A DNA stretch of 64,000 nt from Phormidesmis sp. (GTDB taxonomy: Bacteria; Cyanobacteriota; Cyanobacteriia; Leptolyngbyales; Leptolyngbyaceae), in contig CBDFJR010000002.1 in assembly GCA_965248535.1 (NCBI GenBank), forward strand, positions 832,001-896,000, read 5' to 3'. Under the pieces are notes generated by a model. That model made no database searches. It was not told the origin of the DNA and saw only the letters and a list, made by a program, of their open reading frames with translations. The translations under genes were made by a program, and so were the position numbers. Positions 10,430-20,482 of the stretch are shown here, piece by piece. Numbering within the stretch: position 1 is the stretch's first letter; each line of letters starts with the position of its first letter.

Positions 10430-10810
10430 ATGAGTCAGATTAAGCAATGGTTCCGCACAGGTGGATTTCGGGCGATCGTGACGCTGGCTTTAGCCGTGGT
10501 GATGGTTCTATCAGTTCCTGCATTTGGATTAGGACTACGATCGGCACAGGCCGCCTCTCTCACTGATCAAACCAGTTCCGATAAAGCTATCATTCAAAAA
10601 ATTCAGCAAGATGCTGAAGACTTGGGCGATAGCCCCGATCGTCCGATCGGTCAAACGGGGTTAAAGAACCTCAAAAAGCTGGGAGAAAACATCAAAGAAA
10701 CGGTTGATCTCAACGTCAGACAAAAGGGTGCAATTTATAACCCCAAAGAGTCAGATAAGTTAGAAGCCCTCAAAGAAGCGCAAGCTGAAGCCGAAAGCGC
10801 TGCAAAATAG
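10430..10810 (+). CDS. Exported/membrane-anchored hypothetical protein
   Basis: ATG at 10430 after AGGAGA; hydrophobic signal ending AQA; charged helical tail. Confidence 0.7.
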   Translation: MSQIKQWFRTGGFRAIVTLALAVVMVLSVPAFGLGLRSAQAASLTDQTSSDKAIIQKIQQDAEDLGDSPDRPIGQTGLKNLKKLGENIKETVDLNVRQKGAIYNPKESDKLEALKEAQAEAESAAK

Positions 10811-10832
10811 CCCCTCATCACGATTAACGTCA

Positions 10833-10853
10833 GGGCATAGCATTGCTGTGCCC
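10833..10853. repeat. REP-like GC hairpin
   Basis: GGGCATAGCATTGCTGTGCCC; related copies at 29646, 48884, 53532, 53564. Confidence 0.7.
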
Positions 10854-11240
10854 ATTTTTATGCCCGTCAGCGATCGGACTTAAATTGCCTTAAATCTATG
10901 ATCAGTTGTCCTGATCTGTAATAGTTGCATAAAGGTTCTGTCACCCTACTCTTTTTCCTACCACAGCAAAGCTACGGAACTCTGTCTCCTCGCAAATTTT
11001 GCGATCACCTGAGTCAGTAGACTCAGATAAGCGGTCTAAACCTGCCTCCTCACAAGGGTTTTACACAACTTTGTTAGGGTCGTCGATCGCCGAGTCAATG
11101 TCATAAACGAGAGTCTCGATCGTGCCCAAGCATCGCTAATCTACGGTTGACAAAAAAACCTAACTCCGTGTTTCTACGCTTCTCTGGGTAGACTACCACA
11201 CAGGACTATTAAGTTCATGTAAACTCCCCCGAAACTGACA

Positions 11241-14200
11241 TTGCTGAAACTCATCCACGTTTGGAAGTTAAATTTGGGACTGGCTAGTTCGCTCACTCAA
11301 AGCGGTCTATTGTCCAGCATCCTGGTAGTCTTAGCGGCTGAGGTTGGAGGTCTAAGCGGGGCCTTTGGGGTGATGTCTATCTTGCTCTGCGCGCTCCTGT
11401 GGCAAGCTGCCTGGCTATCAGAGCAACGCAAACGGATGCGCCGTGAGGCAGAGCTAAAACCGCAAGAGCTAGACTATCGCTTTCACCAGATATTTGACCA
11501 CGCTCCCTTTGTGGTGCAGCGATATGCCCCCGATGGCACCCATCGCCAGACCAATAAAGTATGGGAGACAGTTTGGGGCTGCTCTCGTGATGGGTTGGTC
11601 GGCTATAACGTGCTCCAAGACAAACAGGCCATAGCGCTGGGACATTTGCCCTTCCTCCAACGGGCGTTTGCAGGAGACACCGTGACGCTGCCGATGATGT
11701 TTTATGACCCCGCTCTCAACGGCTATGAGGGGCGATGCCGATGGCTAGAGGGGTCGGCCTACGCGATCAAAAACCAGCAGGGTGAGGTCAAAGAAGTCGT
11801 TTTAATCACCAAAGATGTCACCGATCGCCATCAACTCGAAGCCACCCTCAGCCAGCAGGCGCGCCTAATCGCGGTGCAGCAAGAAATTGCTCAAAAAAGC
11901 CTAAACCTAAACGAGAGCCTGGCTTTGATGGTCGATCGCACCCAACAACTTACTCGCGCAGAAGGGGCTGCGATCGAGATCAGAGAAGGAGATGAGCTAG
12001 TCTACCGGGCAGCCAGTGGTTCGGGTGCTTCCCAGGTCGGGCTACGGCTCAAACTAGCAGCGAGTCTCTCAGGGCGATGTGTTGAGACGAGCAAACTGAT
12101 CTACTGCCACGACACCGAAGCCGACCCCAGAGTGGATATTGCGGCCTGTCGTCGGATGGGAATTCGGTCTATGGCGGTTGTGCCTTTGTTGCAAGAAGGC
12201 AGCGTTTTTGGGGTGCTGAAAGTGTTTTCAGCCATGACCCACGCTTTCACCGAGCAAAACCTTCAGACTTTACAACTCATGGCCGGGTTTCTGGCAAACA
12301 CCCTAGAGCTAGCGACCGCGTTTCAAGCTCAAGAAAAGCTCCTTCTCGATTTGCAGGCGAGCGAAGAGCGCTATGCATCGGTGATTGCGGCGATGGCAGA
12401 GGGCGTGACCCTGCAAGACACAGAAGGAGTCATTTGTGCTAGCAATAGCAGCGCCGAGCGAATTTTGGGCTTGTCTGCCGACCAAATGATGGGGCGATCC
12501 TCTCTCGATCCGCGGTGGCATACGATTTATGAAGACGGCTCCTTGTTTCCGGGCGACCAGCATCCGGCTATGGTGACGCTTCGCACTGGAGAGCCTTGCC
12601 GCAACGTGACCATGGGCGTGGCTAAACCCGACGATCGCCTAACGTGGATCTCAATCAACACTCAACCGTTGTTTTATGCAGGCGAGGCGTTGCCCTATGC
12701 AGTAGTGGCCTCGTTTTCTGACATCACAGAACGCAGGCAAGCCGAAGCGCAGGTCAAACTGCTGCAATCGCTGGCCCTCAAAATCGGCGAGTCTAGAGAT
12801 TTTGATGCAGCCTTGACCGAGGTTTTGCAGTGGGTGTGCAAAACGGGTTGGAGCTATGGAGAGGCCTGGATTCCTTGCGCTGAAAGCTATGCTCTCCAGT
12901 GCAGTCCTGCCTATTACATCAACTGTGAGGAGGATACACAGCAGCTAGTTCAGCTTCGGGCCTTTAGGGCAGTGAGTGAGCGATTCTGCTTTCCGTTTGG
13001 GGTAGGCATTCCCGGACGCGTGTGGGCTGCTCAAAAACCAGAGTGGCAGAAAAACGTTTCGCATCAGGCAGAAGAGTGTTTTCTGCGGCAAACGATCGCG
13101 CTTCAGAGCGGCATCAAAACGGGATTCGGCATCCCGGTTGTGGTGAATCAACAAGTACTAGCAGTGCTGATCTTCTTCAAATCAGCAGCCGTTGATGAAG
13201 ACCCACGGTTGCTAAATAGCTTGGTGGCGATCGCGACTCAGTTAGGCTCAATGCTGCAACGCAGACAGACCGAAGATGCCCTACAGGAGAGTGAATCGCG
13301 CTTCCAAACGTTTATGAACCATAGCCCGGCTGTCGCCTTTATGAAGGATGAATTAGGGCGCTATGTCTATGCCAATCAGTCTCTTGAGCGCGTGTTTAAT
13401 GTCAAGCTGTCCGATTTAAAAGGCAAGACAGATTTTGATTGGCTCCCCGAAGAGGTCGCTAGACAGGTACGCGAAAACGATGCCATCGTGCGGGCAACTG
13501 GAGAACCCGTAGAAGTGCTAGAAACCGTTCCGATGTCCGACGGTAATCATCACTATTGGCTAGTCAATAAGTTCCCTTTTCAAGATGCTGCGGGGCGAAC
13601 CTATGTGGGTGGTATTGCCGTTGATATCACTGATCGCCAACAAATGGAGCAAGAACTGTTCCAAGAAAAAGAGTTGGCTCAGGTGACGCTGCAATCGATC
13701 GGGGATGCCGTGATCACGACCGATGCGGCGGGCAAGATTGTCTACTTTAACCCGGTTGCCGAAGCGCTGACGGGTTGGAGTCAACCAGAAGCCCAAGGGT
13801 TGCCGCTGCTAGAGGTGTTTAACATTGTCAACGAGACGACGCGAGAGCCTGTGCAAAACCCGATCGCCAAGGCGCTGAGGGAAGGGCGAATTGTCGGGTT
13901 AGCCAACCATACTGTTTTGATTGCGCGAGATGGGCGGGAAATTGCGATCGAAGATTCGGCCGCCCCGATCCGCGATCGCCAAGGGGAGATTGTCGGCGCA
14001 GTGATGGTGTTTCATGATGTCACTCAAAATCGCACCCTTTCACGACAGCTATCTTGGCAGGCTACCCACGACGTTTTAACCGGATTGGTGAATCGGGCTG
14101 AGTTTGAGCGCCGGGTTGAACAAGCCTTGAGCAGTGCCCGATCGGATCACCAGAGTCATGCTTTGTGCTATCTCGATCTCGATCGCTTCAAGATTGTAAA

Positions 14201-15326
14201 TGATACCTGTGGTCATGCGGCAGGAGATGAATTGTTGCGTCAAATTACCGCCTTGCTGCAAGAAAAGATTCGCAAAACCGATCTGCTGGCGCGCATTGGC
14301 GGCGACGAGTTTGGGGTGTTGCTCAGTCAGTGCACTCTAGAGCAAGCCCTGCGAATTGCCAATGAACTGCGGGAGACTGTCCACACGTTCCGGTTTTTTT
14401 GGGAAGGGCAATCTTTTACGATCGGGGCCAGCATCGGTCTAGTCAGCCTTGATTTTAACAGTGAGGGGTTGGCAGAGATTATGAGCGCGGCTGATGCGGC
14501 TTGCTACACGGCCAAAAATCGCGGGCGCAATCGGGTTTATGTGATTCAAGCCGATGATCAAGAGTTGCGGCAGCAGCGCGGCGAGATGCAGTGGGTCAGC
14601 CGCATTGCTCAAGCGTTAGAGAACGATCGCTTCTGTCTCTATGCTCAACCTATTGCCTCGATCACGGCTGCCGCGCAAAATGGTGACCATTATGAAGTGT
14701 TGCTCCGCCTTCGCGATGAGCAAGACAATTTGGTGCCCCCGATGGCGTTTATTCCCGCAGCAGAACGCTATAACTTAATGCACTTGATCGATCGCTGGGT
14801 GATTCGCAGGTTGTTTAAAGATTGGGACAAAGTGGTGAACAGCGATCGCAGTATCTATGCCGTTAATCTCTCTGGCTCTAGCATTAACGATGACGAATTC
14901 ATCGATTTTTTGCATGAACAGTTTGCTTCTTACCCGATCTCACCCCGACAAATTTGTTTTGAGATTACTGAAACGGTTGCTATCTCTAACTTGGCCAAAG
15001 CCAGCCAATTCATTCAAGACCTGCAACAGTTGGGGTGTCGCTTTGCTCTTGATGATTTTGGGGCGGGGATGTCATCGTTTGCCTACCTCAAATCGCTTCC
15101 GGTCGATTATCTCAAAATTGATGGGGTCTTTATTCGCAATATTCTTGAAAATTCTGTAGACGATGCGATCGTGGCGGCCATTGTGCACATTGGCACCGTG
15201 ATGGGCATTCGCACGATCGCCGAGTTTGTTGAAAACGATGCTATTTTAGAACGCATTACGACCCTCGGTGTTGACTATGCTCAAGGCTATGGAATCGCTA
15301 AACCCAGCATTCTCGTCGCTCTCTGA
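11241..15326 (+). CDS. Diguanylate cyclase/phosphodiesterase (PAS/GAF/GGDEF/EAL)
   Basis: N-terminal hydrophobic segments, 4 PAS and 2 GAF domains, RKTD I-site plus GGDEF, EVLLR, DDFGAG, YLKIDG; start uncertain. Confidence 0.93.
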   Translation: MLKLIHVWKLNLGLASSLTQSGLLSSILVVLAAEVGGLSGAFGVMSILLCALLWQAAWLSEQRKRMRREAELKPQELDYRFHQIFDHAPFVVQRYAPDGTHRQTNKVWETVWGCSRDGLVGYNVLQDKQAIALGHLPFLQRAFAGDTVTLPMMFYDPALNGYEGRCRWLEGSAYAIKNQQGEVKEVVLITKDVTDRHQLEATLSQQARLIAVQQEIAQKSLNLNESLALMVDRTQQLTRAEGAAIEIREGDELVYRAASGSGASQVGLRLKLAASLSGRCVETSKLIYCHDTEADPRVDIAACRRMGIRSMAVVPLLQEGSVFGVLKVFSAMTHAFTEQNLQTLQLMAGFLANTLELATAFQAQEKLLLDLQASEERYASVIAAMAEGVTLQDTEGVICASNSSAERILGLSADQMMGRSSLDPRWHTIYEDGSLFPGDQHPAMVTLRTGEPCRNVTMGVAKPDDRLTWISINTQPLFYAGEALPYAVVASFSDITERRQAEAQVKLLQSLALKIGESRDFDAALTEVLQWVCKTGWSYGEAWIPCAESYALQCSPAYYINCEEDTQQLVQLRAFRAVSERFCFPFGVGIPGRVWAAQKPEWQKNVSHQAEECFLRQTIALQSGIKTGFGIPVVVNQQVLAVLIFFKSAAVDEDPRLLNSLVAIATQLGSMLQRRQTEDALQESESRFQTFMNHSPAVAFMKDELGRYVYANQSLERVFNVKLSDLKGKTDFDWLPEEVARQVRENDAIVRATGEPVEVLETVPMSDGNHHYWLVNKFPFQDAAGRTYVGGIAVDITDRQQMEQELFQEKELAQVTLQSIGDAVITTDAAGKIVYFNPVAEALTGWSQPEAQGLPLLEVFNIVNETTREPVQNPIAKALREGRIVGLANHTVLIARDGREIAIEDSAAPIRDRQGEIVGAVMVFHDVTQNRTLSRQLSWQATHDVLTGLVNRAEFERRVEQALSSARSDHQSHALCYLDLDRFKIVNDTCGHAAGDELLRQITALLQEKIRKTDLLARIGGDEFGVLLSQCTLEQALRIANELRETVHTFRFFWEGQSFTIGASIGLVSLDFNSEGLAEIMSAADAACYTAKNRGRNRVYVIQADDQELRQQRGEMQWVSRIAQALENDRFCLYAQPIASITAAAQNGDHYEVLLRLRDEQDNLVPPMAFIPAAERYNLMHLIDRWVIRRLFKDWDKVVNSDRSIYAVNLSGSSINDDEFIDFLHEQFASYPISPRQICFEITETVAISNLAKASQFIQDLQQLGCRFALDDFGAGMSSFAYLKSLPVDYLKIDGVFIRNILENSVDDAIVAAIVHIGTVMGIRTIAEFVENDAILERITTLGVDYAQGYGIAKPSILVAL

Positions 15327-15340
15327 CCGCAGCGCTAGGC

Positions 15341-15757
15341 CTATTCTGTTTGCTCAATGATCGGGCAAATGGTGTCCGCAGAGGTTTCAGACGGCAACGT
15401 TGAGCTACAGAGAAGCGCTTCTAACTCGTGTTTAAGATGTTGTAGCTGCTGAATTTGGCGATCGACCTCCACCAATTTGCTTTTTAGCTTGAGTTGCACC
15501 TGATCACAGGGCAATTCACCCTGATCGTGAATCGTTAAAAACTCTTGGATCTCGGCCAGGCTTAACCCTAGGCTTTGAGACCGTTTGATAAAGGTCAGGC
15601 GAGAAAACACGTCAGGGCTAAACAATCTAAATCCGCCCTCGGTTCTGCCTGTGGTTTTGAGTAACCCTAGCCCTTCATAATAGCGAATGGTCTTAACGGG
15701 AATTCCGCTCTTTCGAGCCACTGACCCGATGAGTTTTGTGTCTTCTTGAGCGACCAT
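15341..15757 (-). CDS. MerR-family heavy-metal-responsive regulator
   Basis: IGSVARKSGIPVKTIRYYE HTH; PC and C-terminal ICPII cysteines. Confidence 0.9.
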   Translation of the reverse strand: MVAQEDTKLIGSVARKSGIPVKTIRYYEGLGLLKTTGRTEGGFRLFSPDVFSRLTFIKRSQSLGLSLAEIQEFLTIHDQGELPCDQVQLKLKSKLVEVDRQIQQLQHLKHELEALLCSSTLPSETSADTICPIIEQTE

Positions 15758-15838
15758 GATGACCTCCTAGTTTGGTCTGACCTTGGCTTGATCGACGATC
15801 GCGCTGCTGTTGGGTTGTTAGCGATCGTGATTGAAAGT

Positions 15839-17242
15839 TTAAATCAAGTCGCGCACGTCAGTCACTTGACCCATCACCGCCGCTGCCACCACCATCGCCG
15901 GACTCATCAGCAAAGTTCGCCCTGACGACGAGCCTTGACGACCCTTAAAGTTGCGATTTGACGAAGAGGCGCTGAGTTGCCGACCTTGCAGTTTATCGGG
16001 GTTCATCGCCAAACACATTGAGCATCCGGCTTCTCGCCATTCAAAGCCTGCGGTCAAAAAGACTTCGTGCAGCCCTTCGGCTTCGGCCTGTTTTTTTACC
16101 CGCTCAGAGCCAGGAACGATAAAGGCTTTGACCCCGTTGGCAACGTGTCGCCCTTTGGCAAACTTGGCGGCTTCTCGCAAATCGCTGATTCGGCCGTTGG
16201 TGCAACTGCCGACAAAACAGACATCGACTTTAGTGCCCTGAATTGGTTGACCAGGAGCCAGATCCATATAGCGATAGGCTTCTTCAGCGATCGCTCTCTC
16301 ATCTTCTGCGATGCCATCCTGCGTGGGAACTGATTCGTCAACCGCAATGCCTTGACCGGGAGTAATGCCCCAGGTAATAGTGGGTGCAATGCCAGCCGCA
16401 TCGAATACGATCACGTCATCATAAATAGCATCGGCATCGCTACGAATATTATTCCACCACGCGATCGCTGCTTCCCAATCTTCCCCTTTGGGGGCAAAAT
16501 CACGACCTTGTAGATAATCGTAGGTGACCCGATCGGGGTTCACATAGCCACAGCGGGCCCCACCCTCGATCGCCATATTGCAAACGGTCATCCGTTCTTC
16601 CATGTTCATCTGCTCAAAGGTCGTTCCGGCAAACTCATGGGCATAGCCCACACCGCCCTTTACGCCCAGTTTGCGAATGATATGCAAAATCACATCTTTG
16701 GCATAAACGCCAGGTTTTAGAACCCCATTCACCTCGATTTTGCGAACTTTGAGCTTTGAGAGGGATAGGGTTTGCGACGCAAGCACATCTCGCACCTGAC
16801 TAGTGCCAATGCCAAACGCGATCGCGCCAAAGGCCCCATGCGTTGAAGTGTGACTATCTCCACAGGCGATCGTCATTCCAGGCTGGGTCAACCCCTGTTC
16901 GGGGGCGATCACATGCACAATGCCCTGACTGCCCGACCCGACGTTATAGAAGGTGATGCCGTTTTCTTGACAGTTTTTTTCTAACGCTTGCATCATCTCT
17001 TCGGCCAGCGAGTCAGCATAGGGCCGCGCCTGATCTTCAGTCGGGACGATGTGATCTACTGTAGCGATCGTCCGTTCTGGAAACGCCACCCTGAGTCCGC
17101 GTTCTCTCAGCATCGCAAACGCCTGCGGACTGGTGACCTCGTGAATCAGGTGTAGCCCGATAAAAAGCTGAGTCTGACCAGACGGAAGCGTTCCAACGGT
17201 GTGTGCATCCCAAACCTTATCAAACAGCGTCCCTTTACTCAT
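15839..17242 (-). CDS. leuC: 3-isopropylmalate dehydratase large subunit
   Basis: [52 protein letters not shown] at 17242. Confidence 0.98.
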   Translation of the reverse strand: MSKGTLFDKVWDAHTVGTLPSGQTQLFIGLHLIHEVTSPQAFAMLRERGLRVAFPERTIATVDHIVPTEDQARPYADSLAEEMMQALEKNCQENGITFYNVGSGSQGIVHVIAPEQGLTQPGMTIACGDSHTSTHGAFGAIAFGIGTSQVRDVLASQTLSLSKLKVRKIEVNGVLKPGVYAKDVILHIIRKLGVKGGVGYAHEFAGTTFEQMNMEERMTVCNMAIEGGARCGYVNPDRVTYDYLQGRDFAPKGEDWEAAIAWWNNIRSDADAIYDDVIVFDAAGIAPTITWGITPGQGIAVDESVPTQDGIAEDERAIAEEAYRYMDLAPGQPIQGTKVDVCFVGSCTNGRISDLREAAKFAKGRHVANGVKAFIVPGSERVKKQAEAEGLHEVFLTAGFEWREAGCSMCLAMNPDKLQGRQLSASSSNRNFKGRQGSSSGRTLLMSPAMVVAAAVMGQVTDVRDLI

Positions 17243-17406
17243 GGCGTTTTGTTGTGACTGATACAAAAGCTTAAGTCTAGATTCTACCGCACAAGTTATG
17301 GGGTGCGAGGCGGTTGGTCAGAGATGAATGACGTAGCGACGATCGGATTTTGTAGTACAAAAACTCTCACCACTGTACAATTCCAGTGAGTCAGAGAGGA
17401 ACCGCT

Positions 17407-18009
17407 ATGCGATTGGGTAAAGTAGTCAAATCAAATTCCCACTGTGATTATGTGGTGCAGTTGGATGACGAAATGGATTTTATCGATGCTCCTACAGCCG
17501 ATGACTATGGGTTTGGCACCTTCGTCAAGCTCGAAACCGAGGCACGTCACTGGGCGATCGGCATTGTCTATAATTCTCAACTGCTCAACCCGATGTTTAT
17601 GAACATGGGGCCTCGCCTGTCGAGCGAACCCGATCCGCTTTTTACACCAGATTTGATTAACGAAACTCGGACACTCCTCTGGACGGTGCTGGTCGGCTGC
17701 CTGGATCAACACAACGGCGAATCCTATGGTGTGCAGGGCATTCCGCGGGTGGTGGTGCCTGTGAATACGCCTGTGTCTACGATGACTTCGGCAGAGATTC
17801 ATCAGTTTCATCTCAATCAAGAGCGACGATCGCAGTTTTGTTATTACAGTCATCTGCTTCACTGTGGCGGCACCTTTTCAACGCAACTGACCCACCAAGT
17901 CTTGCAAGAGTTGATCGAGTCAAAACTCTTTAAAGATGCCGAAGAACGTGCTCTGATCGTGCTCTGCAAAGAGTTGTCGTGGAAGAACACAATGGGCGCA
18001 ATGCGTTAA
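17407..18009 (+). CDS. Conserved hypothetical protein, HAS-barrel-like
   Basis: MRLGKVVKSNSHCDYVVQ...PTADDYGFGTFVK resembles stand-alone HAS-barrel proteins; ATG at 17407 after AGAGGA. Confidence 0.6.
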   Translation: MRLGKVVKSNSHCDYVVQLDDEMDFIDAPTADDYGFGTFVKLETEARHWAIGIVYNSQLLNPMFMNMGPRLSSEPDPLFTPDLINETRTLLWTVLVGCLDQHNGESYGVQGIPRVVVPVNTPVSTMTSAEIHQFHLNQERRSQFCYYSHLLHCGGTFSTQLTHQVLQELIESKLFKDAEERALIVLCKELSWKNTMGAMR

Positions 18010-18035
18010 GCAGCTATCTCAACCCGCGTTAAAAC

Positions 18036-18084
18036 AAAAAACCCCAGCCGTAAAGCCAGGGTTAATAATCAGGGTGCATCTACC
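18036..18084 (-). ncRNA. nsiR1: NsiR1-like sRNA, copy A
   Basis: GGUAGAUGCACCCUGA 5' end (recalled NsiR1 signature), GC hairpin plus U6, CCCGGA at -35..-30. Confidence 0.7.
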
Positions 18085-18209
18085 ACTCCTCTATTCCCCA
18101 AACCAGGGACACATCCGGGGATTTTTGAGAAAATTTTCTGCGATCGTGCCCTCTCAACTCTGCTTTAATTCTCAATCCCCTGCTTTAATTCTCAACCCCC
18201 TTTAAACAC

Positions 18210-18258
18210 AAAAAACCCCAGCCGTGAAGCCAGGGTTAATAATCAGGGTGCATCTACC
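18210..18258 (-). ncRNA. nsiR1: NsiR1-like sRNA, copy B
   Basis: Same 49 nt as copy A with one loop substitution; CCCGGA at 18288-18293. Confidence 0.7.
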
Positions 18259-18363
18259 ACTCCTCTATTCCCCAAACCAGGGACACATCCGGGGATTTTT
18301 GAGAAAATTTTCTGCGATCGCGCCCTCTCAACTCTGCTTTAATTCTCAACTCCCTTTAGACAC

Positions 18364-18412
18364 AAAAAACCCCAGCCGTAAAGCCAGGGTTAATAATCAG
18401 GGTGCATCTACC
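18364..18412 (-). ncRNA. nsiR1: NsiR1-like sRNA, copy C
   Basis: Identical to copy A; perfect TCCGGA at 18443-18448. Confidence 0.72.
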
Positions 18413-18419
18413 ACTCCTC

Positions 18420-18448
18420 TATTCCTTAAAGGAGAGATATGATCCGGA
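18420..18448 (-). promoter_or_regulatory. DIF1-type promoter (TCCGGA-N18-GAATA)
   Basis: Minus strand TCCGGA tcatatctctcctttaag GAATA gaggagt then GGTAG; TCCGGA lies at -36..-31 of the inferred 5' end. Confidence 0.65.
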
Positions 18449-18487
18449 AAAACCTGCGAGAATCTTTTTCACCTCTAGAAGAGAGCC

Positions 18488-18817
18488 ATGCACTATCCTC
18501 AAACCCCAGACGGGCGCTACTTTGTGGTCAAGGGGAGACTTTGGCGATGCTCTAACCCTGGGTTAAGTGACGCAGCCCGATCGCGGTTCGTCACCGACCT
18601 AATGAGCGCCCGCCGAGCCGTTAGACAGGCCCTACAAAACAGTGATCAAACCACTCTCAAACAAGCCCGCCTTGAGGTGAATGCTGCCAAAGTCGCGCTT
18701 GGTGAACGAGGTGCCGTCTGGTGGACAGATGGCGCACCCGACTTTAACCGCAAGCTCGTCAAAAATACGCCCTATGCAGATTGGTATGGCACGATCGCGT
18801 CAACGTCTACCCTTTGA
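18488..18817 (+). CDS. Conserved hypothetical protein
   Basis: TPDGRYFVVKGRLWR...AKVALGERGAVWW...NTPYADWY; recognised as a widespread small family of unknown function. Confidence 0.75.
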   Translation: MHYPQTPDGRYFVVKGRLWRCSNPGLSDAARSRFVTDLMSARRAVRQALQNSDQTTLKQARLEVNAAKVALGERGAVWWTDGAPDFNRKLVKNTPYADWYGTIASTSTL

Positions 18818-20302
18818 CTGGGGTTTGGGTTGGGTTCTGCCAATCGAGAATGCCGCGTTATAAACCTGTTCGTTTGCCGCCGCCGACTTAAACAAATCGA
18901 CGATCGGGGTTGGATAATCAACACCTAGTTTCACCCCAAAGCGCTGCTCTTCAACGGGTAAGAGCTTCCAGGGTTCATGCACTTTAGACGCGGGCAGATT
19001 GGCCAGTTCAGGAAGCCAATGCTTTACATAGTCGCCTTGCAGATCGTAGTCTTTGGCTTGCTTAGTGATGTTAAAAAACCGAAACCCACGGGCATCGTTG
19101 CCCACCCCGGCCGTGTAGTTCCAGTTTGCCCAATTGCTGCACACGTCATAGTCAATCAGCCGCGACTCAAACCACTCGGCACCCATTTGCCAATTGATGC
19201 CCAAGTTTTTGGTGAGAAAGCTCGCGACATTTTGCCGTCCGCGATTAGACATAAAGCCTGTGGCTGCCAGTTCTCGCATATTGGCATCGACAAGCGGAAA
19301 CCCGGTTTTGCCGTCGCGCCAGAGATTAAACCGCTCCCAGTCTTCTTTCCAGGGCATCGCGACTCCTTGCAGACCCGATCGTCTAAAAATCTGCGTCCCA
19401 TGTTTGGCACAGATAAACCGAAAATAATCGCGCCACAGCAACTCAAAAATCAGCCAATAAGTCGAGTCATTCTTCACTCGCTGAGACTCATAAGCCTGCA
19501 CTTGCTCGTAGATATAGCGGGGTGACAAACACCCCAACGCCAGCCAGGGTGAAAATTTTGACGAATAATCTGCCCCCAGCATTCCATTGCGGGTTTCTTT
19601 ATAGACTTTTAGATGATCGTGTTGCCAAAAATAATCGTTTAGTCGGGCGATCGCTGCCGTTTCTCCGCCTTTAAACGCCATCACCCCACGGGGATCGCAG
19701 ACGGGAGTTTCTAGCCCAAAATCAGACAGGATAGGCATTTCGCCCACTTCTATATCGGGCAGTGATGGGAGCGTCTGCGGAGCGGGAAACGCCTGATAGA
19801 CAGTGGCATCTTTTTCGACTTCTTTGCGAAACCGAGTAAACAGTTCAGGAATCTCTTGAATCTCAAAGGGCAAATCATCGGGATGGTAGAGAGTGTGACC
19901 CCAAGCGGCGATCGCCGGGATTTTCATCTCTTTTAACGCCTGCTCAAGGGCTGTCTCAACGGCCAACTCTTCTGAGGTGGTTTCGCGATAAAACCGCACG
20001 GTTGTGACTCCCAATTCTTGGGCCAGAGCGGGAATGATTGCTTCGGGCAGCCCGCGCCGCAGGATGAGATCGCTCCCGATCGCTCTCAATGATTGCCGCA
20101 GATCAGCAACGCTCTCTAGCAAAAACTGAGCGCGAAATGCCCCTGTTTTAGGAAACCCATGGGGAGTCTCTCCAAATTGTCTAGGGTCAAAACAATAAAC
20201 CGGAATGACATCGCCTCCGGTCTTCAGCGCTTTGATCAGCGGCTCATGGTCATGCGATCGCAGATCGTTGCGATACCAAACTAAAATCCGTGGCTTAGTC
20301 AC
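18800..20302 (-). CDS. cry: Cryptochrome DASH
   Basis: WYRNDLRSHDHE, YKETRNGMLGADYSSKFSPWLA, GFMSNRGRQNVASF, YTAGVGNDAR. Confidence 0.95.
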   Translation of the reverse strand: MTKPRILVWYRNDLRSHDHEPLIKALKTGGDVIPVYCFDPRQFGETPHGFPKTGAFRAQFLLESVADLRQSLRAIGSDLILRRGLPEAIIPALAQELGVTTVRFYRETTSEELAVETALEQALKEMKIPAIAAWGHTLYHPDDLPFEIQEIPELFTRFRKEVEKDATVYQAFPAPQTLPSLPDIEVGEMPILSDFGLETPVCDPRGVMAFKGGETAAIARLNDYFWQHDHLKVYKETRNGMLGADYSSKFSPWLALGCLSPRYIYEQVQAYESQRVKNDSTYWLIFELLWRDYFRFICAKHGTQIFRRSGLQGVAMPWKEDWERFNLWRDGKTGFPLVDANMRELAATGFMSNRGRQNVASFLTKNLGINWQMGAEWFESRLIDYDVCSNWANWNYTAGVGNDARGFRFFNITKQAKDYDLQGDYVKHWLPELANLPASKVHEPWKLLPVEEQRFGVKLGVDYPTPIVDLFKSAAANEQVYNAAFSIGRTQPKPQSKGRR

Positions 20303-20455
20303 AAAAAACTCAAATCAAGACTGTTTAGTGATCTTAGCGTTTATGAAGAAAGGTAACGCGAGAATTCTCACCAAATAAAGCTCAAAGCGCACGATCGAGA
20401 CGTAAGCCAACCTCAGCAGCAAATTAAGTGAGCTACGAATATTCTTGCTTGAGAA

Positions 20456-20482
20456 TTAGCATTCACGCTCCGACAGAGACAT
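20456..20482 (-). pseudogene. Probable 5' stub of a HEPN/DUF86 toxin gene
   Basis: ATG overlapping the MNT 3' end reads MSLSEREC*, like DUF86 N-termini; no continuation follows. Confidence 0.45.

Larger units (their letters stand above)
18036..18448 (-). repeat. Tandem array of three near-identical sRNA transcription units (periods 174 and 154 bp)
   Basis: Core AAAAAACCCCAGCCGT(A/G)AAGCCAGGGTTAATAATCAGGGTGCATCTACCACTCCTCTATTCC occurs 3 times; a 20-bp duplication (18161-18200) explains the period difference. Confidence 0.95.

Noticed and set aside
10960..11050. c-di-GMP-I riboswitch upstream of the GGDEF/EAL gene
   Set aside because: Only fragments (GCAAAGC, GGTCTAAA) match; the P2 GAAA hairpin and spacing are absent
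15839..17242. leuC without adjacent leuD
   Set aside because: Unlinked leuC and leuD occur in cyanobacteria, so this is not unusual
18224..18442. 72-aa ORF over the repeat array
   Set aside because: Lies wholly in repeat DNA with a GTG start and no RBS; better explained by minus-strand sRNA units
18036..18448. CRISPR array
   Set aside because: The sequences between the cores are near-identical rather than unique spacers, the units are 154-174 bp, and there are no cas genes in the window
18977..19525. 182-aa antisense ORF and similar shadow ORFs across the window
   Set aside because: They lie inside well-supported genes on the opposite strand or in another frame and show no protein motifs
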